The notes: generated by a model from the letters alone, not told the origin. A stretch of 36,317 nt of DNA from an uncultured Puniceicoccaceae bacterium (GCA_964492605.1 CAZBLJ010000002.1:1-36317), one strand, 5' to 3'. Shown: positions 16,979 to 25,399, counted from the first letter of the stretch. Numbers and translations: made by a program.

Positions 16979-17176
16979 TTACTTCATCAGCAGCATCGAG
17001 CGGGCCTGCTTGATGACCCGTGACACGTGACGCTGCTGCCTGGCGGTCAGGCCGGTGTATTTGCGCGGAAGGATCTTACCCGTGTCGGTAACGAAACGAG
17101 CGAGTTCTTCGGTGTCGCGGAAAGTGAGTTCGGATGCGTTTTTCGCAACCCTTTCTGTGCCTTCTGTTTCAGACAT
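16979..17176 (-). CDS. rpsR: 30S ribosomal protein S18 (short, Cys-free form)
   Basis: Start re-placed at MSETEG; LARFVTDTGKILPRKYTGLTARQQRHVSRVIKQAR. Confidence 0.92.
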   Translation of the reverse strand: MSETEGTERVAKNASELTFRDTEELARFVTDTGKILPRKYTGLTARQQRHVSRVIKQARSMLLMK

Positions 17177-17265
17177 AAGCGGAGGAGAGTAGGGATCGAG
17201 AGAGCGCGCGCAAGTGCAAATTTCAAGAAACGCGGAGTTTGGCCATAACAATTACATGTTCGCAT

Positions 17266-18813
17266 CTATGGCGCGATGTCCCAGTGGCACTCGGGGCCGT
17301 GGAAGTTGATGCCCGGCAGCCAGACCTGATGGGCTGCGGGTGTGCCGTTGAGGAAGTTGCCGTCGCACTCGCGCAGGAGGAGGGCGCCCAGGCGCTCGCA
17401 GACGCCGCGTTCCTCGTATTTCAGGTCGTTTTCCTCCTTTCGGTCCATCGGAAGCCGGTAAAGTTGATACAGGTTTTCGCCGGGGAGAGTGACTTGTTTG
17501 AGCTTCCAGCCCTCGGGGGTGACGAGGCCGGGCCCTTGCCCGGATGCGAAGATGACGGCTTCGTGCTGCGCCTGTTGGTCCGTCTCGCCTTGCAGCTCCG
17601 GGAGGATGGAGATGCCGTCGCTTTCCCGGGGGCATTGGGCTCCGGTGATCTCCGCGACCGTAGCCATCAGGTCGTAGTTGGCGTAAAGGTGCTCCGTAAT
17701 GCGCCCGCCTTCGATCACTCCGGGCCATCGCACCAGGAAGGGGAGGCGCACTCCGCCCTCCCAGTTGGAAAATTTCAGACCGGCCATGCCGTCGTTGCCG
17801 TCAAAGATGTCGCCGCTGGCTTCACTGGTGAACCTGGTCTTTACGTTGTCGTAGGTCTCGCCCGTGCGGAGGTCTTTTCGGGGCTCGCAGCGGCCTGTCT
17901 CGACATAGTAGGGGTGGTGTCCGTTATCGGAGGCAAACATCACGATGGTGTTTTCCGTCATGCCCAGGCGGTCCAGCTCGTCGAGGATCAGTCCCACTGT
18001 GCGGTCGAGCCGAAGAATCATCGAGGCATACTCCTTCTCGTAATCCGTCAGCGCGGGATTGTCGCGCACGGCAGGATCGACCTCCTCGACGATGATTGGC
18101 CCATGAGGCAACTGGCTGGGGTGATACAGGAAAAAGGGTCGACCGCTCTCGCCCTGTTTGCGGAGAAATTCCAGGATTTTTTCGTCGAAGAGATCCTGTG
18201 AATACACGGCCCTGCCCGAGCGGTCCCAACGCTCCGCCTTGTTTTCCGGTGATTCCTCCTGCGCACTCCTTCCAAAGTCTGCCCGGTTGTTGCCCGGCAC
18301 GTCGATTTTCTTGCCATTCTCGAAGACATAGGGCGGGTAGAAACCATGGCACTGGGCATGATCGTAATAGCCGTAGTGGTAATCCCAGCCGTGGCGGCGA
18401 ATGTCGCGATCGGTCGTGGCAAATCCCCATTCCAGCTTGCCGATCTGGGCTGTCGAATAGCCCGTTTCTCTTGGAATCTCCGCAAGAAAGTGCTCGTTCG
18501 ATCCCGGATTGTGGCTCACCGTGTGGATCAGCTCGCTCATCTCATCGACCGAAAGCCGGCCTTGGGTAACGCGGTCATAAACCTGACCTTGCGTATAGGT
18601 CCAACCGCCGCGGTGACAGTCGTGCGTACCCGTTAACAAACTGGCCCGAGAGGGCGCGCAAAAGGCGCAGCCGTAGGCATTCTCGAATCGGATGCCCTCG
18701 CTGGCTATGCGGTCGATATTCGGGGTAGAGAATTGTGTTTGCCCGTAGCAGGACAGCATGCCACGCCCGAGGTCGTCCGCGTAAACGTAGATAATGTTCG
18801 GCCGCAGGCTCAT
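17266..18813 (-). CDS. Formylglycine-dependent (S1) sulfatase without a signal peptide
   Basis: Start MSLRPNIIYVYADDLG, 5 nt after the LDH stop. CAPSRASLLTG, IGKLEWG, MFASDNG, LKFSNWEGGVRLPFLVRWPG. Confidence 0.93.
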   Translation of the reverse strand: MSLRPNIIYVYADDLGRGMLSCYGQTQFSTPNIDRIASEGIRFENAYGCAFCAPSRASLLTGTHDCHRGGWTYTQGQVYDRVTQGRLSVDEMSELIHTVSHNPGSNEHFLAEIPRETGYSTAQIGKLEWGFATTDRDIRRHGWDYHYGYYDHAQCHGFYPPYVFENGKKIDVPGNNRADFGRSAQEESPENKAERWDRSGRAVYSQDLFDEKILEFLRKQGESGRPFFLYHPSQLPHGPIIVEEVDPAVRDNPALTDYEKEYASMILRLDRTVGLILDELDRLGMTENTIVMFASDNGHHPYYVETGRCEPRKDLRTGETYDNVKTRFTSEASGDIFDGNDGMAGLKFSNWEGGVRLPFLVRWPGVIEGGRITEHLYANYDLMATVAEITGAQCPRESDGISILPELQGETDQQAQHEAVIFASGQGPGLVTPEGWKLKQVTLPGENLYQLYRLPMDRKEENDLKYEERGVCERLGALLLRECDGNFLNGTPAAHQVWLPGINFHGPECHWDIAP

Positions 18814-18818
18814 AGGGA

Positions 18819-19742
18819 TTATGAGACCTTTGCGAAGGTGTCTTTCAGCGATTGGGCGGAGTTCCTGAGGCCTTGCATCTCCTTCGGCCAGAGGTCGAAT
18901 TCGACGTGGTCGGCGACGCCTTCCCGTCCCAAAACGGTGGGCACGCTCAGGGCCACGTTCTTCAGGCCGTAGGCACCGTGCTGGACACTGGAGACCGGGA
19001 GAATCTGGCGTTTGTTCAGGACGACGGAATGAACCGTTTCGGCGATCGTGGCACCCACGGCCCACCCGGCTCCTCCTTTGCGGCGAATGACTTCGGCTCC
19101 GCTCCCTTTGGTGCGCTCGAAAATCGTTTTCTGAAAATTGGCGGTGCACTCTTTCAAACCGGGGAGCAAGAGCCCTCCGACGGTTGCGGACGACCAGATG
19201 GGCACCATGGAGTCGCCGTGTTCGCCCAGGATCAGCGCTTTCACCTGTGTGGCAGGCAGGCCCAGATCCTCGGAGATGAGGGAACGGAAACGGGCGGTAT
19301 CCAGCATCGTGCCGAGGCCGTAAACCTGTTTGCAGGGCACGCTGAGAGATTCGGCGGCCATTTGGGTGAGAATGTCCACCGGATTCGAGACGACAAAGAA
19401 CTGTGCATTGGCCGCATATCCGGCGCTTTGGATGCTGGCGAGAATCTGTTTGAACAGGGAGACGTTCCGGTTGATCAGGTCGAGCCGGGACTCGTCCGGC
19501 TTGCGACGGAGGCCGGCGGTGATGATAAAAATGTCGGAATCCCTGGCCCGATCGTAGTCACCCGCATAAATCCGCTGATCTCCGAGCGTTGCGGCACCGT
19601 GCAGCAGGTCGAGCGCTTCTCCCTCGGCCATGTCCTTGTTTGCGTCGAGTATTTGGATTTCCGAGACGAGTCCCGCACACTGAAGGGCGAAGGCGGCATT
19701 CGAGCCGACCCGGCCTCCTCCTCCGATAATCGTAACTTTCAT
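18819..19742 (-). CDS. Lactate/malate dehydrogenase family protein (PVM BMC-associated)
   Basis: IIGGGGRVG, ITAGLRRKPDESRLDL, VVSNPVD, GTMLDTARFR, LGEHGDS. Confidence 0.92.
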   Translation of the reverse strand: MKVTIIGGGGRVGSNAAFALQCAGLVSEIQILDANKDMAEGEALDLLHGAATLGDQRIYAGDYDRARDSDIFIITAGLRRKPDESRLDLINRNVSLFKQILASIQSAGYAANAQFFVVSNPVDILTQMAAESLSVPCKQVYGLGTMLDTARFRSLISEDLGLPATQVKALILGEHGDSMVPIWSSATVGGLLLPGLKECTANFQKTIFERTKGSGAEVIRRKGGAGWAVGATIAETVHSVVLNKRQILPVSSVQHGAYGLKNVALSVPTVLGREGVADHVEFDLWPKEMQGLRNSAQSLKDTFAKVS

Positions 19743-19757
19743 GGCGTATCTTCTCCT

Positions 19758-20873
19758 TTATGATTGGGACAGCTTTTCGTAAATCCGGTCGGTGATGATC
19801 TTGACGATCTTCTCCGCTTCCGGGTTCGGCGATTCCTCTCCCGTTGCGGTGGTGCGAGGTGCGCTTGCCGTCTTGCAGGCCATCCCTTGTTTGTTCGGCT
19901 CGAAAAAGCCGGGTTGAAACTCGGAATTATCGCAGAGTTCGCACTCGGTCCAGTTCTCTCGATGATCGCTCATCCCCAATTGCTTCCGGATCTCGATCAA
20001 GTCTTTGGCTTGCTTTCCGGAAATGGGCTCGAGTTTTTTCCCAAGCATGGAGGCCAGGAGGACGGTCTGGCAGTAGGCCTCGGTATTCTCCATTTTCCAG
20101 TAGGCGTCCTCGATATCCTTGCCCCAGGTGATGACCCCGTGATTCTCCATCAAAACGGCCTGGTGATCAACGCCGACCTTTCCGACCGCCTCGGCGTTTT
20201 CGGGGGTGCCGGGAGTCTGGTATTCGCTGGAGCCGATCACACCGAGGAAGACTTCGGCCTCCGGAATGAGACAAGTGGGGGGGACGACCTTCGCAACCGC
20301 ATAGGCCGTTGCGTGGGGAGGATGGGCATGGCAACATGCCTTGGCCTTCGGTTGGCGCTTCATGATGCCGATGTGGGTGTTGACCTCGCTCGTGCGCTTG
20401 AAGTTTCCGGCGAGTTGGTTGCCATCGAGGTCGACCAGGCAGATCATCTCCGGACGCATAAAACCCTTCGACACCAGAGTGGGCGTGCAAAGTACCATGT
20501 TGTCGCCCACCCGAACGGTGAGGTTACCGCCGTTTCCGTCGGTATAGCCCTTTTGCCACATTCGGCGGCCCATCTCGCACATGCGGGCTTTGAGGGTTTC
20601 GATCTCCGGCGAGCGGAAAAAGGTTTCGATTTCGGACGGTGTCTTGGGGTCTTTTCCTTCCGTCCACCGGTATTCGTAATCCGGAGTCTCCGGTTCGGCG
20701 GGAACGGCGGTAGCCCGTGAACGCCGGGTGCCTCCCGACATTCCCACGCTCAGGGAGCGGAGGTAATCCCGGGCGCCGGGGGTGAGTACGCCCAGTTCCG
20801 GCCCTATGGTGGCGGGATCCGCCCCCCTGGCGATCATTCCTTCCACATCTTTCTGCGTGAGCAGTTTTTTCAT
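19758..20873 (-). CDS. Class II aldolase (fuculose/rhamnulose-1-phosphate aldolase-like; PVM signature enzyme) with N-terminal extension and C-terminal encapsulation peptide
   Basis: Start MKKLLTQKD. GNGGNLTVR, TSEVNTH, CHAHPPHATA, LMENHGVITWG; C-terminus PEAEKIVKIITDRIYEKL. Confidence 0.9.
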   Translation of the reverse strand: MKKLLTQKDVEGMIARGADPATIGPELGVLTPGARDYLRSLSVGMSGGTRRSRATAVPAEPETPDYEYRWTEGKDPKTPSEIETFFRSPEIETLKARMCEMGRRMWQKGYTDGNGGNLTVRVGDNMVLCTPTLVSKGFMRPEMICLVDLDGNQLAGNFKRTSEVNTHIGIMKRQPKAKACCHAHPPHATAYAVAKVVPPTCLIPEAEVFLGVIGSSEYQTPGTPENAEAVGKVGVDHQAVLMENHGVITWGKDIEDAYWKMENTEAYCQTVLLASMLGKKLEPISGKQAKDLIEIRKQLGMSDHRENWTECELCDNSEFQPGFFEPNKQGMACKTASAPRTTATGEESPNPEAEKIVKIITDRIYEKLSQS

Positions 20874-21175
20874 AAAAGGGTCTCCGTATCCAAAACCTCG
20901 ACCGAATCGAGGATGCAGCAATTATAGGCGTCAACCGGGGTGGGCGAATCAAAGGGCCGACTCGCTTCTCCGCCTTCGGTGAAGCCGATCAGGTCGCCTT
21001 CGCCGGCTCCGAGGTCGTCATAGACGACGGGACTCGCCTGGCGGGAAACCAAGGGTTCGCCCTGCTTTTCCGCTTCCGTCCGACCCAGTGGAGAAACCAG
21101 GAGCCAACGGGCGGTCGGCAATTCGGGGATACGTTGGGAGAGAACCACCCTGCCGATGACCCGTCCGATCCTCAC
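20870..21175 (-). CDS. BMC pentamer vertex protein (EutN/CcmL family)
   Basis: GTG start overlaps the upstream TGA. (M)RIGRVIGRVV...VVYDDLGAGEGDLIGFTEGGEA...PVDAYNCCILD. Confidence 0.88.
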   Translation of the reverse strand: MRIGRVIGRVVLSQRIPELPTARWLLVSPLGRTEAEKQGEPLVSRQASPVVYDDLGAGEGDLIGFTEGGEASRPFDSPTPVDAYNCCILDSVEVLDTETLL

Positions 21176-21444
21176 GAGGCCTCCTCCTCTTTGTCGATGA
21201 TTCCCAGAATCACGTTTCTCAGCGGGGTGGAGTCGTCGCCGATCCGGCGGCCGGCCGCATCGCCATCGGTGGTGACAAAGACGCGCTCGCCGACTCCCGC
21301 GCCGTTCCAGTCGGCAGCGAGAAAAATCTTGCCGTCGCCCCCGCCCTCGTTGTTCAGCCCTTCGCAAAGGGCGAGACGAACTCCCTTCAGCGAGGAGTGG
21401 CGGACCGTGCTGTGGCCGAAACCGATGACGCGGGCGTCCAACAT
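21172..21444 (-). CDS. BMC pentamer vertex protein (EutN/CcmL family)
   Basis: TGATG coupling to the aldehyde dehydrogenase. MLDARVIGFGHSTVRHSSLKG...AADWNGAGVGERVFVTTDG...ILGIID. Confidence 0.9.
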   Translation of the reverse strand: MLDARVIGFGHSTVRHSSLKGVRLALCEGLNNEGGGDGKIFLAADWNGAGVGERVFVTTDGDAAGRRIGDDSTPLRNVILGIIDKEEEAS

Positions 21445-22904
21445 CACAATCCAACATTGAGCGCGTCGACGAGGACGCAGCGGCGGTTTCGGGTGAAGGT
21501 TTGAGGCGTCGTGATTCCTTCGCCGGTGGTGGTGGCGATGGAGAAACTGATGTAGCCTTCTCCCCCGAGCCCGAGGCCCGCGACGCAGGGGCCGTTCTTG
21601 ACGAATACCGTGCTCTCGAGGGCGCGGCCCATCCGGGTCATGTTTCCCACGTGCATGGTGTGGATCATGGCCGAGTGCCGGTAGTTGTGTTCGGACTCCT
21701 TCGCGAGCTTGATGGCGGTATCCATGTCCGGCACGCGGACGATCGGGATCATGGGCATCATTTGCTCCTCCTGGACGAACTCGTGCGAAGCATCGGTTTC
21801 GGCGAAGAGCAACTGCGTCCTGGCCGGGATCCGTGCGCCACAACGGGCTGCGAGGAGTTCCGGACTGGCTCCGACAAGATCGCGGTTCAATACGGGATGG
21901 GAACACCCCCCCGCATCTTTCGAAGTGGTGAAGGCTTCGCTGGTGAGCGCCGCAAGCTCTTTCGAGGATATTTTGTAGCCGCCGGCCTTTTCAAAGGCGG
22001 CGGAGAATTCATCGAAAACCTTGTCGAGGACGAACACCTGCTTCTCGCCGATACAGAGGAGATTGTTGTCGTACGCCGCACCGAGGACGATATCTCCGGC
22101 GGCTTTTTCCAGGTTCGCACAGATGTCGACCACGACCGGCGGATTTCCGGGTCCGGCACAGATCGCGCGTTTGCCGCTGGCCATGGCTGCCTGGACGACT
22201 CCGGGTCCGCCTGTCACACAAAGCAGATCGACACCTTCCGAAGCGCAGAGGGCGTTGAAGGACTCGAGACTCGGTTCCTCGATGATCGTAATCAGGTTCC
22301 GGATACCGGTCTGTTTCTCGATCTCGCGATTGAAGGCATCGACCGCAACGGCGGCGCACCGGGCGCCTCCCGGGTGGGCGTTGAACACGACGGCGTTGCC
22401 GGCCGCGACGATGTTGATGACGTTGCCGGAAAGGGTGGGGATGGAGTGGGTGACCGGTGTGATGGCGGCGACGACTCCGAAGGGAGAATTCTCCTCCATG
22501 GAAATTCCCTGATCTCCGCTCATCCCGTACGGTTTCAGCCATTCCACTCCGGGGACCGAGCCGAGAGCGTGAAGCTTCCCGATCTTGTGGTCGATGCGGC
22601 CGATTCCGGTTTCATCGAGTTCGATCCGTCCCCATTCGTCGGCCTTGGCCGCGCACATGGACTTGACGATCTCGACGACTTTGGCGCGGCCCTCGAAGCC
22701 CTGCTTGCGCAATTGGAGGAATCCTTCCCGGGCCGCGGCAACAGCGGAATCCGCATCCGGGAAAACGCCCGCACGTTTGCCGGCGGTCATGATCTTCGGT
22801 GCCGCCGCAGGTGCGGGTTTCTCCGCGACATGGGCAGCGTCGGAGGCAACCCCCATTTTTCCCAATACCTCGGAGACAATTTCTTCAATAGCCCTCGAAT
22901 CCAT
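21444..22904 (-). CDS. CoA-acylating aldehyde dehydrogenase (EutE/PduP family) with N-terminal encapsulation peptide
   Basis: MDSRAIEEIVSEVLGKMG peptide; PFGVVAAITP, VTGGPGVV, AGPGNPPVVVD, NNLLCIGEK, GLGGEGYISF. Confidence 0.93.
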   Translation of the reverse strand: MDSRAIEEIVSEVLGKMGVASDAAHVAEKPAPAAAPKIMTAGKRAGVFPDADSAVAAAREGFLQLRKQGFEGRAKVVEIVKSMCAAKADEWGRIELDETGIGRIDHKIGKLHALGSVPGVEWLKPYGMSGDQGISMEENSPFGVVAAITPVTHSIPTLSGNVINIVAAGNAVVFNAHPGGARCAAVAVDAFNREIEKQTGIRNLITIIEEPSLESFNALCASEGVDLLCVTGGPGVVQAAMASGKRAICAGPGNPPVVVDICANLEKAAGDIVLGAAYDNNLLCIGEKQVFVLDKVFDEFSAAFEKAGGYKISSKELAALTSEAFTTSKDAGGCSHPVLNRDLVGASPELLAARCGARIPARTQLLFAETDASHEFVQEEQMMPMIPIVRVPDMDTAIKLAKESEHNYRHSAMIHTMHVGNMTRMGRALESTVFVKNGPCVAGLGLGGEGYISFSIATTTGEGITTPQTFTRNRRCVLVDALNVGL

Positions 22905-22907
22905 GTT

Positions 22908-23246
22908 CTATTTCCGTTTGGTTTTTGCGCCGACGCCCGCTTTCTCGGGGAAGACGCTGTGTCCCTCCACTTGCACGGAATCGACAATACCGACGATCGC
23001 CGCGTCAACCGGGAGTGATTTGAGCCCCGCACCCTGTCGGGCCGAACTTCCTTGCACGAAGAGCACCATCTCGCCCGTTCCGGCACCGATAGGGTCGACG
23101 GCGACGATGGTGTTCGCGCCCGGTTTCAGCCGGGCGGTGTCTTCCGCATCGGCCAGCATGGGGCGCACGAGGAGAAGTCGGCGACCGCGCAAGTCTTCCT
23201 CCTTTTTCGAGGAGACGACCTGCCCAATGACCCGTGCAAGATACAT
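22908..23246 (-). CDS. BMC pentamer vertex protein (EutN/CcmL family)
   Basis: MYLARVIGQVVSSKK...VAVDPIGAGTGEMVLFVQGSSAR...VDAAIVGIVD. Confidence 0.93.
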   Translation of the reverse strand: MYLARVIGQVVSSKKEEDLRGRRLLLVRPMLADAEDTARLKPGANTIVAVDPIGAGTGEMVLFVQGSSARQGAGLKSLPVDAAIVGIVDSVQVEGHSVFPEKAGVGAKTKRK

Positions 23247-23255
23247 GGGCGCGTT

Positions 23256-23564
23256 TTAGCTCGATTTGCGACCGGAGGCGGCAGCCTTCTGGGCGGGAAC
23301 GATCTTGAGCGTCTCCTGCTGCGGGCGTGCGATGACGTGGGCACTGACGACCTCGCCGATCTGGTTGCCTGCGTCGGTTCCGGCGTCCAGAGCCGCCTTG
23401 ACGGCCGCGACGTCACCCGTGACGGTGACGGAAACGAGGCCGCTGCCGACGCCCTTCATGGGGCCGGAGAGTTCGACGTCGGCCGCCTTCAGCATGGCGT
23501 CGGTTCCGTAAATCAGCGGGACGAGTCCCTTGGTTTCGAGTAGTCCGATGGATGGTTGTGACAT
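23256..23564 (-). CDS. BMC-H hexameric shell protein
   Basis: IGLLETKG...DAMLKAADV...TGDVAAVKAA...HVIARP. Confidence 0.93.
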   Translation of the reverse strand: MSQPSIGLLETKGLVPLIYGTDAMLKAADVELSGPMKGVGSGLVSVTVTGDVAAVKAALDAGTDAGNQIGEVVSAHVIARPQQETLKIVPAQKAAASGRKSS

Positions 23565-23591
23565 GATTGCCTTGGTTGCTTGGTGTGAATA

Positions 23592-24782
23592 TCAGTTGTT
23601 GGATTGGTTTGCGATAAAGCGGCGGGTCTCCCGGGCGATGACCCGTTCCTCGTCTGCGGGGATGACCCAGATTTCGGTGCGCGAGTCTTCGGTGGAAATG
23701 CGGCGTTCCTCCTTGACGGACGCCTGGTTGAGCGCCGGGTCGAGCCGGATACCGAATTCCTCGAGTCCGGAGAGGACCTCGGCGCGCAGATCGGCGTTGT
23801 TTTCGCCGATGCCGGCCGTAAAGACGATCCGGTCGGCACCGCCCATGGAAAAAAAGTAGGCCCCGACCCAGTCGCGAATGCAGCCGGCCAGGTAGTCGAG
23901 GGCGAGAGCGGCTCTGTCGTTTCCGGCTTCCGCGGCCTCGCGAATGTCGCGCAGATCGTTGCTGACACCACTTAAACCGAGAAGGCCCGATTGCTTCGTC
24001 AAGACCTGCTCGGTTTCCTTGATCGAAAGGCCGAGCCGCCGCGTGACGAGGGGAACGGTCATCGAGTCGAGATCCCCGACCCGGTTGTTTTGGGGGAGTC
24101 CGCTCTGCGGGCTCATCCCGAGACTGCAACCCTGGGCGATGCCGTCCTTGATGGCGGTGATCGAGCTGCTTCCGCCGAGATGGCAGGAAATGACCCGGAA
24201 ATTCCGGCTGCCCCCCGAGGAGGGTCCGTTTACGTAAAGGTTGCGGATGGAGTCGGCGAGATCGTGGTATCCGGCAAGTTCGGCGGTGCGTTCCGCGATA
24301 AACTTGTGGCTGGCCCCGTGGAATCCGCTGCGTACCACTCCGGCATCCGCCCATTCCTGCGGAACCGCATAGCGTTTCCGCCATTCGGGCATCCACTGGT
24401 AGAAGGCCGTTTCGAAGAGGGCGACCCGTTTGGCCGAAGGCAGTTTTTCGCGAAACTTCCGGATCCCCGCCGCATAGGGCGGATTGTGCGCCGGCGCCAG
24501 ATCCGCGTTTTCCTCCAGAGCTTTCAAACAATCGTCGTCGGCCGCCACGCACCCGGACAAGCGCCCGCCGAGGACCGCCTTGAATCCGACTCCCGTGATG
24601 TCCTCGGGCGAGGAAATGATGCCGTCCGCCTTGAGTCGACCGAGAGCGTCGTCGATCGCCTCTCCGTAGTCCGTCACGCGTTCGTACCCGTCCCTCGCAA
24701 GCAGGCGGGGAGATTCACCCTCCATGTCATAGAGGGTATACTTGAACGAGGTCGAACCGAGGTTGGCGACAAAAACGAGCAT
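23592..24782 (-). CDS. Acetate/propionate kinase family protein (divergent, BMC-associated)
   Basis: NLGSTSFKY, APAHNP, GFHGASH, SCHLGGSSS, SGLLGLSG, VFTAGIGEN, IPADEE. Confidence 0.9.
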   Translation of the reverse strand: MLVFVANLGSTSFKYTLYDMEGESPRLLARDGYERVTDYGEAIDDALGRLKADGIISSPEDITGVGFKAVLGGRLSGCVAADDDCLKALEENADLAPAHNPPYAAGIRKFREKLPSAKRVALFETAFYQWMPEWRKRYAVPQEWADAGVVRSGFHGASHKFIAERTAELAGYHDLADSIRNLYVNGPSSGGSRNFRVISCHLGGSSSITAIKDGIAQGCSLGMSPQSGLPQNNRVGDLDSMTVPLVTRRLGLSIKETEQVLTKQSGLLGLSGVSNDLRDIREAAEAGNDRAALALDYLAGCIRDWVGAYFFSMGGADRIVFTAGIGENNADLRAEVLSGLEEFGIRLDPALNQASVKEERRISTEDSRTEIWVIPADEERVIARETRRFIANQSNN

Positions 24783-24800
24783 GGGACCGGGGGGCTTTCC

Positions 24801-24832
24801 GAGGAGAAAACGCCGGGGAGGCGTACTTCCTC
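24801..24832 (-). terminator. Intra-operon stem-loop (attenuator or mRNA stabiliser) after the two BMC-H genes
   Basis: Minus strand GAGGAAGT-ACGCC-TCCCC-GGCGT-TTTC-TCCTC directly after the stop at 24831. Confidence 0.4.
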
Positions 24833-25112
24833 AGGAAGGCATGAAGGTGCCCATCTTCGAGAGGTCCTCGTGGGGACGGGCGATCACTTCGACCGAGGAA
24901 ATTTCTCCGATGGTCTTGGAGGCTTCCGCGGCGGCTTCGAGGGCCGCCTTCACCGATGCGACATCTCCTTCGAAAATCGCGGTAACAAGACCGCTTCCGA
25001 CGGAGGTCCATCCGGCCATCTCCACGTCGGCGGCCTTCAGGGCGGCGTCCGCTCCGGAGAAGAGGGCTACGAAACCCTTGGTTTCAATCATTCCAATTGC
25101 TTTGTTGGTCAT
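24831..25112 (-). CDS. BMC-H hexameric shell protein
   Basis: AIGMIETKG...DAALKAADV...EGDVASVKAA...VIARPH. Confidence 0.95.
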   Translation of the reverse strand: MTNKAIGMIETKGFVALFSGADAALKAADVEMAGWTSVGSGLVTAIFEGDVASVKAALEAAAEASKTIGEISSVEVIARPHEDLSKMGTFMPS

Positions 25113-25129
25113 AGGTTATTCCTCCCTGG

Positions 25130-25399
25130 TTAAACGCCGAAAGATTTCAGGAGATCGGGATGCGGACGCGCGATCACGTTCGCTCCGACGAGTTCACCCG
25201 CCTTGGCGGCTGCTTCGGCGCCGACATCGACGGCGGCTTTTACGCTGCCGACGTCGCCTTTGACGAGAACGGTCAGGAACCCGCCCCCGGTGGGGACTTG
25301 TTTGACCAGTTGGATCCCAGCGGCCTTCGCCATCGCGTCCGTTGCTTCGACGCTGCCGACGAAACCTTTGGTTTCGATCATTCCGAGTGCTTCATTCAT
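25130..25399 (-). CDS. BMC-H hexameric shell protein (EutM/PduA-like)
   Basis: MNEALGMIETKG...DAMAKAA...KGDVGSVKAA...VIARPH. Confidence 0.95.
   Translation of the reverse strand: MNEALGMIETKGFVGSVEATDAMAKAAGIQLVKQVPTGGGFLTVLVKGDVGSVKAAVDVGAEAAAKAGELVGANVIARPHPDLLKSFGV

Noticed and set aside
18814-19149. Apparent 112-aa N-terminal extension of the sulfatase
   Set aside because: It lies inside the LDH gene in another frame; the real start is 18813.
20870-21906. 195-aa and 244-aa ORFs in the track
   Set aside because: Only their 3' parts are real (pentamer genes 21175-20870 and 21444-21172).
20870-25399. Three pentamer and three hexamer genes without BMC-T as a novelty
   Set aside because: This is a known trait of PVM-type microcompartments.
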